Assembly: GCA_028820845.1 (NCBI GenBank)
Contig: JAPPII010000004.1
Coordinates: 20,314-84,313, forward strand
DNA from: Candidatus Poribacteria bacterium
GTDB lineage: Bacteria > Poribacteria > WGA-4E > WGA-3G
DNA: 64,000 nucleotides
Reading direction: 5' to 3'
The position numbers and the translations under genes are program-made. Each line of letters opens with the position of its first letter. Position 1 is the first letter of the stretch. Positions 56,979-64,000 of the stretch are shown piece by piece. The notes beneath the pieces were generated by a model that saw only the letters and a program-made list of their open reading frames with translations, was not told the DNA's origin and made no database searches.

Positions 56979-57500
56979 ATGAACCTATCTGCCCTAAAGG
57001 TGTCTTCATTGTTGAGTATTGGGGCTGTAGCGTATTTATTGGCTTTCTTCACGCATAGCACTTTAAGGGAATGGCAACTCATATTGGCGGTGGTTATGGG
57101 AGTAGTGATCGTTATTGTCATTCCCGTTCTATACTTACAAAATACACATATAAGCAACAATAGACCCTTACGACTCAGCGAGTCCATTTATGCTTTCATT
57201 TTTGCTGGACTGGCTACCACTCCTGTATTAGCAACTTGGATCAAGGGGACAGCGGACGCGTATCTGCTACTTGTTCTGGTGGCGATGACGACTGTTATTA
57301 TACCTATTTTGTATGTAGAAAATACACGTTTAACTCGTGTAAATAGCTACGAAGAATCCGATATCCGTCTTTACCTTAAAGGACTTATTTTTGCCGGATT
57401 TTCTATTGGCGTTGGACTCATAGGTTGGGGTAGTGGAACAATGAGTACGGTTATTGTGAAAGCAATACCTCAATTTCCCGAATTGCTTCTGGTTAAATAA
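56979..57500 (+). CDS. Hypothetical integral membrane protein.
   Basis: Five or six hydrophobic helices (LLSIGAVAYLLAFF, LILAVVMGVVIVIVIPVLYL, ...). The start is chosen after the terminator hairpin. Confidence 0.4.
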   Translation: MNLSALKVSSLLSIGAVAYLLAFFTHSTLREWQLILAVVMGVVIVIVIPVLYLQNTHISNNRPLRLSESIYAFIFAGLATTPVLATWIKGTADAYLLLVLVAMTTVIIPILYVENTRLTRVNSYEESDIRLYLKGLIFAGFSIGVGLIGWGSGTMSTVIVKAIPQFPELLLVK

Positions 57501-57769
57501 AACTGATACAAATAGCGTGTTTAACCCCTTGCATTCCAGAGGCGTTCTATGTGTCTAAATAAGTGGCAACTTGGGTTATGATAGAACTTATAATGGGGAG
57601 GTTCGATGACCTTCTTACCTTTCTATACATTGTTTTTGGAGGAGTGCTTATAGGATTTATCCTCATAATATGGCTGGCTTTATGGATATACAAGCACTTC
57701 AGGTGAAAACATTGTGAAGGAAACTTTATTCGATTTCTTCAGTAGATTTTGCAATCGGTTTTGCGTCCG

Positions 57770-59083
57770 CTAAAATCCGTCCGGTAACAACCGATGCACC
57801 GCGTCAATTACCAACTGCTCAACACCCGGCGCAAAACGGGTCGGCGGACCGAAGTAGAGCATGGCACCCCCACCTTCATAACCGCCTTCTGCTAACACCC
57901 GCTCAGACGGAATATACCCCGGAAATGCGTTCGCGTACGCACCGACCCAGAGCCGTTTGGCGTCCAACTCACGCTTCAGACGGAGTGAGTAATCGACGAC
58001 CACCTCACTTGCCAGGAAAACAACGGCAAGTTCGTTGCCAAATCGCCACGCCTGCACAGGATAGGAGAGTTCCGTTTGTATCGCCTCTCCGCGCTGCAAG
58101 CGTTCAAGGTGCTTTTGTGCGTGATAGGCATCGTGACCACCCGCTGCAACGCGTGCCTCCCACTCTTCACGGGTCGGTAGCGTGTCAAACGGCAGATTGA
58201 CCCTCTCAAACGCACCGATCGGGACACTGGAGATCGGTTTTGCGTCTCTTGTTAGCATCCGTTGGATTTCTTCTGAAAGTGCCTCTCCATGGGCTTTCGC
58301 ATACGCCAAACGCGTGCTGAAAACCTCTTCTTCGCCATCAGGCATCGGCATCATCCGCGATTCAGGATTCGCATCAGCACCGCAGCCGATTGTGATGAGG
58401 GCAGTTACACCGGGAAGTGCGCTTTGGATATCCTCTTGGGCAAATCCTGCCCAGTCGCCACAGATGTGGTTGTCTGTACCCGCCAACGTCGTGCAGTGAC
58501 ACGCATAACTTGCCCACACAGCGCGCAACGTCCCATCTTCACCTTTGACTTGCAGGCACGGCAACGAATGATCTACCGGTCCCCCTTCGGTTCGCCGATT
58601 CTTTGCGAAACCGAGTTCTCCGATGCTCCACGTCAACTGTGACGGCTCGCGATTTGCGAGTGCTTCCAGTGCAACGGCTTCCATCCAGTCGGTGAGTTGA
58701 CGGGTATACCGATCAATCTTCTCCTGATGCGCTGGCGGTATATCCGTACTGAACAGAAACGGTGCTGCATTGGTTAAACACGGCGCGCTGTGTGTATGTG
58801 AAAAACAGGCGACGAAATGCGCACGGGAAATCCCTGTCTTTTCTTTCATTCGGCGCGACACTTCCTCAGTGAGTTCGTCCGGTAAACCGCAATTTTCGAC
58901 TGCAACCAAGACAACGGGATCCTCAGTATCGTCCCCAATAGCGAGTGCCTTTGCCCATATCGGCTGAATGATGCCGTCGGATTCTTCGCGACGGCTGCCA
59001 TAACCACTCAGTCGAATCGGATAATCTGGCGTAATGTCCACTTCGGCAACGCCAATCTGAATAACGTTATTTTTAGCTGTCAT
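57770..59083 (-). CDS. Neutral/alkaline ceramidase-like protein (N-terminal domain family).
   Basis: IQIGVAEVDITPDYPIRLSGYGSRREES...GIIQPIWAKALAIGDD resembles the neutral ceramidase N-terminal pattern. Confidence 0.5.
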   Translation of the reverse strand: MTAKNNVIQIGVAEVDITPDYPIRLSGYGSRREESDGIIQPIWAKALAIGDDTEDPVVLVAVENCGLPDELTEEVSRRMKEKTGISRAHFVACFSHTHSAPCLTNAAPFLFSTDIPPAHQEKIDRYTRQLTDWMEAVALEALANREPSQLTWSIGELGFAKNRRTEGGPVDHSLPCLQVKGEDGTLRAVWASYACHCTTLAGTDNHICGDWAGFAQEDIQSALPGVTALITIGCGADANPESRMMPMPDGEEEVFSTRLAYAKAHGEALSEEIQRMLTRDAKPISSVPIGAFERVNLPFDTLPTREEWEARVAAGGHDAYHAQKHLERLQRGEAIQTELSYPVQAWRFGNELAVVFLASEVVVDYSLRLKRELDAKRLWVGAYANAFPGYIPSERVLAEGGYEGGGAMLYFGPPTRFAPGVEQLVIDAVHRLLPDGF

Positions 59084-59129
59084 ACGGCTTAACTCCTTGA
59101 ATGAGATAGGGTTTACGCGGTAAAAAACT

Positions 59130-59154
59130 GGTAGGTGCGGTTTCTAACCGCACC
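59130..59154. repeat. REP-like hairpin ggtaggtgcggtttcYaaccgcacc, representative copy. Others at 12282-12306, 12336-12360, 21016-21039, 50343-50367 and a partial copy at 20780-20800.
   Basis: At least six copies in 64 kb. Several are followed by ggaYattaccgaa. Confidence 0.8.
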
Positions 59155-59191
59155 GGACATTACGAATCTATTTTTTGCTCTGCATCTTGAA

Positions 59192-60346
59192 TTAGAGTCG
59201 TAAGGTGAATGCCAATAGGTGTCGGTTTGATGTGTAGGTGAAACTTCCCAACCCGAACGTGTATTCCAAATAAGTAGTACCGAGCCTTAACCCCGCACCA
59301 ACTGAAAAGTATAGCGTTGCGTTTTCACGTCCTGCCCCGGCTCGGAGTGCTGTTGTTATTAGATATCCACTGCTCCACGTTTTGTGTAATTCAGTCCCAA
59401 CGGCGAAACCGAGTCCGCTCTGTCCCGTATCCCGCCAAATATCTGCCCCCACTGCAATCCATTTCAGAGGTTCATAGGAGATCCCTATACCAAATCGAAA
59501 CGGCAGAGGTTCTACTAAATCTGCCCGTAGAAGGTTTTCAAAGAGGATACCTACCTGTAGCGGTGGGTTTACATGATGCGCATCGAGCCATACCTCGCGT
59601 TGCAACCCAATATCTAATTCTAATCGGTTGGCTGTCCTGTCATAAGTCGGTTGCTGTTCGTGAACAATATCCCGAACTCTATCTCCGAATTGTAGTTCTT
59701 CCGTAATTGCCGCTATCAGTTGCTCCGGCGCATGCACATCTACGTCGGGACCGTGCCGTGCTGCGAGGTTCAAGGTGGACACAACCGCCCCGGTTTTCAC
59801 GTCCTGTGCGATCCACTTTAATCGGACCCCTATGACCGATCCGGCGACTTTGCGGCTAAGTCCTACCACCCAATTATCTTCACGGAACAATGAGTAATCT
59901 GTGATGAGATCGGTTTCAGCGGAAAACCGACGGGCGTTCGTATTGTATTCAGCACGAGTCGCAGAGAGCGTAAAATTCGCGTAATTGGTGGATTTAGCGT
60001 TGTATCCGGCACTGAACCCCCATTCGTTGAAGGCATGTGAGTAGTAGATTGACGGATATAAATCTGTATTGACTTCAGCGGCGAACTGGTTTCTACCGTG
60101 TTTCGGCAGTTCTGTCCAGTGAAGATTCTCAGCGGCGATGCCGAACGCAAAATTGTGGTGTTTAACCGATACAAGCGATGCCGGATTCCCAAATACACCC
60201 GCGTCATCTGCAGATGTTGCGATACGGGTGCCACCCATACCAGCAATACGGAGCATCTCATTTGCCTCGCTGGCGGTGGGTATAACCGCCACTAAAAGAC
60301 AAAGTGTTGAAATACGCATAAAATGTCGGGCGCTAAAAAACTTCAA
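59192..60346 (-). CDS. Predicted outer-membrane beta-barrel protein.
   Basis: Signal peptide MKFFSARHFMRISTLCLLVAVIPTASEA. Alternating amphipathic beta-strand pattern. Aromatic-rich C-terminus. Confidence 0.45.
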   Translation of the reverse strand: MKFFSARHFMRISTLCLLVAVIPTASEANEMLRIAGMGGTRIATSADDAGVFGNPASLVSVKHHNFAFGIAAENLHWTELPKHGRNQFAAEVNTDLYPSIYYSHAFNEWGFSAGYNAKSTNYANFTLSATRAEYNTNARRFSAETDLITDYSLFREDNWVVGLSRKVAGSVIGVRLKWIAQDVKTGAVVSTLNLAARHGPDVDVHAPEQLIAAITEELQFGDRVRDIVHEQQPTYDRTANRLELDIGLQREVWLDAHHVNPPLQVGILFENLLRADLVEPLPFRFGIGISYEPLKWIAVGADIWRDTGQSGLGFAVGTELHKTWSSGYLITTALRAGAGRENATLYFSVGAGLRLGTTYLEYTFGLGSFTYTSNRHLLAFTLRL

Positions 60347-60377
60347 TATTCGCTATCCGCTAATCGCTATCTGCTAT

Positions 60378-61307
60378 TTAATCGTTAAAAAATTCCACAC
60401 GCATCACGTCAGCGAAAATGTCCTCTAACGTATGTTTCACCTCACGCAGCTGGCGGAGTTGGACCCCGGTATCGTAAGCGAGTTTGAAGAAGATTTGTGT
60501 ATCCGTCTGTTCTCCGTTTTCGGATGTAACGTGAAGGCGTTTGTCGGGTCGCAATTCAATCTGGTAATTATGACGTTCCAGAGCGTCAATATAAGCATCG
60601 GTGTCGCCTACGATTTTCAAGTCGTATGCTCGTCCTTTCTCCCTTCTAAGTGCGTCTATCTGTGCATGCGCAGCAACACTTCCGTGTGAAAGTGCGATAA
60701 TCTCCTCACATGCGGACTCTACATCGGGAAGCAAGTGCGAGGATAAAATTACATTGATATTTTTATCGGTTGCGATGTCTTTAACGAGTTCAAGCATTTC
60801 CTCTCTACCATTGGTATCCATGCCGTTTGTCGGTTCGTCGAGCAGTAGCAACTTTGGATCGTGTATCAATGCTTGGGCTAATTTCACGCGCTGTTTCATT
60901 CCAACGGAGTATTCACCCACGATGCGGTAGCGTTCTTCGTCTAACCCAACGTAGTAGAGGACTTCGTGTGCCCGTTGCAGGGCATCCCGTCTCGGCATCC
61001 CACAGAGTTCACCAGCGTAGGCAACGAGTTGGACAGCAGTCATTCCCGGAATTAAACATTCGTCTTCTGGCATATATCCGACCTGTCTGCGTATTTCCAG
61101 CGGTTGTCTCTCTACGTCCATTCCAAATACCGCTGCACTGCCTTGGTTGGGTTTGACGAAACCGAGTAGCGTTTTAAGCAACGTGCTTTTTCCGGCACCA
61201 TTGGGTCCGAGTAAGCCGACAGCACCGCCTTGCACCTCCAACGAGAGGTTATCTAACGCCGCAGTCGTGCCAAAAAAGAGTGATACATTCTTGATTTCAA
61301 TTAGCAT
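60378..61307 (-). CDS. ABC transporter ATP-binding protein (ABC-2 type).
   Basis: VGLLGPNGAGKSTLLKTLLG. Signature region ...YSVGMKQRVKLAQAL...LLLLDEPTNGMD. Confidence 0.85.
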   Translation of the reverse strand: MLIEIKNVSLFFGTTAALDNLSLEVQGGAVGLLGPNGAGKSTLLKTLLGFVKPNQGSAAVFGMDVERQPLEIRRQVGYMPEDECLIPGMTAVQLVAYAGELCGMPRRDALQRAHEVLYYVGLDEERYRIVGEYSVGMKQRVKLAQALIHDPKLLLLDEPTNGMDTNGREEMLELVKDIATDKNINVILSSHLLPDVESACEEIIALSHGSVAAHAQIDALRREKGRAYDLKIVGDTDAYIDALERHNYQIELRPDKRLHVTSENGEQTDTQIFFKLAYDTGVQLRQLREVKHTLEDIFADVMRVEFFND

Positions 61308-62410
61308 TCTTTAAAAATCCGTTTCACGCGGGACCCTATCTGCGTCAATATCTCATAAGAGATCGTTCCTGCGCGGTGAGCGATTTCATCAACCGTAATT
61401 TCAGCATTTTCCTGTTTACCAATCAGTACCACTTCATCACCGACGGATACGTTAGCTGCATCGCTGAGCTGCACCACGCTCACGTCCATACAGACCCTTC
61501 CGATGATTGGACACCGCACACCACCGATGAGTACCTCACCGACCCCAGAAAGCCCACGCGGATAGCCGTCGCCATAGCCTACCTGTACCATCGCGATACG
61601 GGTCTGGTGTGGTGCTTTGTGGGTCAATCCGTAGCTAATGCCTTCCCCTTCTGAAACAGAACCTACCCATCCAACCCGTGTTTTCCAGGTGAGGGCTGAT
61701 TCTAACGCAATTGGTTTTTCGGATGCAGGATAGATGCCGTATAAACTCAAACCCGGACGGATGGCATCGAAATGCGATGCTGCAACCGCAAGTGTTGCTG
61801 CGCTGTTCGCTGCATGAACCATCTTTACACGATTGCTTACAAGCACCGATGAAAAACGTTTTAGTTGGACAGCGACAAAACTTTTATCCGTCTCATCTGC
61901 AGTCGCAAGGTGTGTAAACAGCCCTTCAATCTCAAGTTGCTCCAGTGTTTCGAGTTTCTTTAGAAACTGCTTCGCCTCCGTCCAACGAACACCGCTCCGA
62001 TTCATGCCTGTATTGATATTAACGTGAATCTTTAGGTTTCTCGGCGCAACTTCGTTTAATCGACTCGCGAACTCCCAATCCGCTACCGTTGGTGTCAATT
62101 CGTGTTCAACGATTTGCGTCGCTTCCTCAGTCAGAGAACTAAAGAGGATAAGAACAGGTTTGTGGATCCCTGTCTGACGGAGCCTAATTCCTTCTTCAGC
62201 TGTTGCGACTGCGAACATATCAGTGACTGTGGACAACGTTTCTGCGACGCGGATCATCCCGTGTCCATAAGCATCTGCTTTTATAACGGCGATGAGTTGT
62301 TTGCCAGCATAAGCCTTGATTGCTTCAGCGTTTCGCCGAATTGCCCCCAGATTGATTTCTGTGTGTGTTCGGAAATAATGCATGTTGTCTTTTGGTTCCC
62401 GTTGCGCCAA
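61301..62410 (-). CDS. alr: Alanine racemase.
   Basis: LIAVIKADAYGHGMIRVAE is the PLP-binding Lys motif. Confidence 0.85.
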   Translation of the reverse strand: MAQREPKDNMHYFRTHTEINLGAIRRNAEAIKAYAGKQLIAVIKADAYGHGMIRVAETLSTVTDMFAVATAEEGIRLRQTGIHKPVLILFSSLTEEATQIVEHELTPTVADWEFASRLNEVAPRNLKIHVNINTGMNRSGVRWTEAKQFLKKLETLEQLEIEGLFTHLATADETDKSFVAVQLKRFSSVLVSNRVKMVHAANSAATLAVAASHFDAIRPGLSLYGIYPASEKPIALESALTWKTRVGWVGSVSEGEGISYGLTHKAPHQTRIAMVQVGYGDGYPRGLSGVGEVLIGGVRCPIIGRVCMDVSVVQLSDAANVSVGDEVVLIGKQENAEITVDEIAHRAGTISYEILTQIGSRVKRIFKEC

Positions 62411-62483
62411 TAGAGGAATTATATCACAGTCTGTCCAAATTTCCTAATTGTTTCGCAGACTGTACCGGTAGGACTACCGGTTT

Positions 62484-63275
62484 TCATGATCCTCCGTTCT
62501 GACTACTGGAGGCGGTGTTGCCTTGAAACCACAGAAAAAGCAGGATAAACACGATTGAGTTTGCCAACAACATCGTTGAGATAGCGTTAATCTCTGGGGT
62601 GATGCCGAACTTCAGCATGGAATAGATATGGACGGACAGGGTTGTGTAGCCAACGCCAGCAGTAAAGAAGGTGATGACAAAATCATCTATGGAGAGCGTG
62701 AAGGCGAGCAGCGCACCGCCGATAATTCCAGGGGCAATAAGAGGGAGCGTTATCCGCCAAAACGTCTGCCACTCGTTGGCGCCCAGATCGCGCGCTGCCT
62801 CTTCCAGTGTGTGATCATAGCCTTGTAAGCGGGCCCGGACGACAACGGTGACGTACGCGATGTTGAAAACGCCGTGCGCGATAATTACAGTGAGCAGACC
62901 GAGAGGGATGCGGACTTGCACATAGAAGGTCAATAGCGCGATCGCCAGCACAATGTCGGGGATGATGATCGGAAGATAGAGGCATCGTTCAAGGGCAGTT
63001 CGGAAACGAAACCGATGCCTCTCTATAGCAAGTGCCGCTGTTGTACCGATAACAGTTGCGATACAGGTAGCAATACCCGCAACAATCAAACTGTTTCGAC
63101 AAGCTCGCCATAATGCCGCATTTTCAAACAGCTTCGCATACCAACCCAAGGTAAACCCTTGCCAGACAGAAATCTGTTCACCGCTGTTGAACGAGAACAC
63201 GACAACTGCTAATATCGGAACGTAGAGGAACAGATAGACCAGACCTATATTGCATTCAAGAATCTTTTTCATCAT
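62484..63275 (-). CDS. potC: ABC transporter permease (PotC-like, spermidine/putrescine type).
   Basis: EAARDLGANEWQTFWRITLPLIAPG EAA-loop motif. Confidence 0.75.
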   Translation of the reverse strand: MMKKILECNIGLVYLFLYVPILAVVVFSFNSGEQISVWQGFTLGWYAKLFENAALWRACRNSLIVAGIATCIATVIGTTAALAIERHRFRFRTALERCLYLPIIIPDIVLAIALLTFYVQVRIPLGLLTVIIAHGVFNIAYVTVVVRARLQGYDHTLEEAARDLGANEWQTFWRITLPLIAPGIIGGALLAFTLSIDDFVITFFTAGVGYTTLSVHIYSMLKFGITPEINAISTMLLANSIVFILLFLWFQGNTASSSQNGGS

Positions 63276-63441
63276 CGTCTATTTTTGTAGGAGCGAGCTC
63301 CTGCTCGCGACTTTCACTACGACTCACACTTTTCAATCGAATCGGTAAGGTTTTCGCTTGGGTATTTCTGCGGATTTCTTCACGGTTTGGAACCGCACTC
63401 AACATTACCGAATTTATTTTTTTCACACAGTTAGAACGGTA

Positions 63442-64000
63442 TTAATTAGTTTCAGGCTCGTTCTGCTGTAAAGAGCGAAAGTATAGTATCGTACCAACAA
63501 GTACGATGCCCATCAGCATAAATGAAAGCGCGGAGCCAAAGGGCCAATCCCGTGCTGTTTTAAATTGTCTCTCAATCACATTCCCAATGTAGCTCACTTT
63601 CCCACCACCGAGCAAATCTGGGGTTAGGAACGCACCGACCGTCGGAATAAAAACCAGCATCGATCCCGCGAGAATACCGGGCAGACTCAACGGAACAGTT
63701 ATATGCCAAAACGCATGCCGTGGCGATGCCCCTAAATCTTGTGCCGCTTCTAACAGCGACATATCTAATTGCTCCAGTGCCGCATACAACGGGAGTATCA
63801 TGAACGGAAGGTAACCGTAGACGAGTCCTATCTGCACCGCTAACGGCGTATTCAGTAGTTCTAACGGTGTCCAATTAGGAAAAACAGCCCCAAAGAGGCT
63901 GTTCATAAGTCCTTCTGTGCGTAGAATCAATATCCATGCGTAGGTACGGATAAGGAAGTTCGTCCAGAACGGAACAACAACGAGGAGTAATAAAATGTTG
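63442..64000 (-). CDS. potB: ABC transporter permease (PotB-like). Partial: the N-terminus lies beyond the window.
   Basis: EAAQDLGASPRHAFWHITVPLSLPGILAG. Confidence 0.7.
   Translation of the reverse strand, partial: NILLLLVVVPFWTNFLIRTYAWILILRTEGLMNSLFGAVFPNWTPLELLNTPLAVQIGLVYGYLPFMILPLYAALEQLDMSLLEAAQDLGASPRHAFWHITVPLSLPGILAGSMLVFIPTVGAFLTPDLLGGGKVSYIGNVIERQFKTARDWPFGSALSFMLMGIVLVGTILYFRSLQQNEPETN

Overview
The window is 64 kb of a bacterial chromosome at about 50% GC, with compact operons and near-consensus sigma70 promoters (TTGACA-N17-TATAAT). The gene content suggests a PVC/Planctomycetota-like or Poribacteria-like lineage, but this is inference only. The supporting features are an N-terminal PSCyt1 cytochrome-c domain on a giant LRR/cohesin/dockerin/T9SS-tail protein, an ECF sigma factor fused to a membrane receptor, an FGE-sulfatase-type enzyme, several Gfo/Idh/MocA oxidoreductases and PQQ-type beta-propellers. 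Housekeeping genes are also present: disA, purC, dapF, dapA, dusB-like, alr, pot permeases, a LolD/FtsX transporter, PCD, SDR and an M16 peptidase. Three things stand out. First, an AT-rich island of about 8.5 kb (29.4-38.5 kb) has the hallmarks of an anti-phage defence island and carries an unusual Dnd-like system. It has dndC and dndD but no dndA, dndB or dndE in the canonical positions, followed by a HEPN-like ORF. On the opposite strand it has a GIY-YIG-like nuclease fused in an operon with a DndB-like DGQHR protein, and an HNH endonuclease driven by a duplicated copy of the same promoter. This composition looks undescribed. Second, an AhpD/CMD-family gene is interrupted by an in-frame TGA exactly at the second Cys of the CxxCxxxH motif, with a SECIS-like hairpin 3' of it. 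It is a probable selenoprotein that an ORF caller splits in two. Third, a single ORF fuses an ECF sigma factor to a TM helix and an LRR ectodomain, immediately downstream of the giant secreted LRR protein. A lone OLD-family (ATPase plus TOPRIM-like) candidate defence gene is present at 7.3-8.9 kb. The intergenic regions carry several families of short palindromic elements: 'ggtaggtgcggtttccaaccgcacc' hairpins, MITE-like units bounded by 'ggacttacgca/tgcgtaagtcc' inverted repeats, a 'tgtaggagcgagctgtgctcgcgactt' REP, and a 72-nt palindromic element present in two orientations. No rRNA, tRNA or CRISPR array was recognised.
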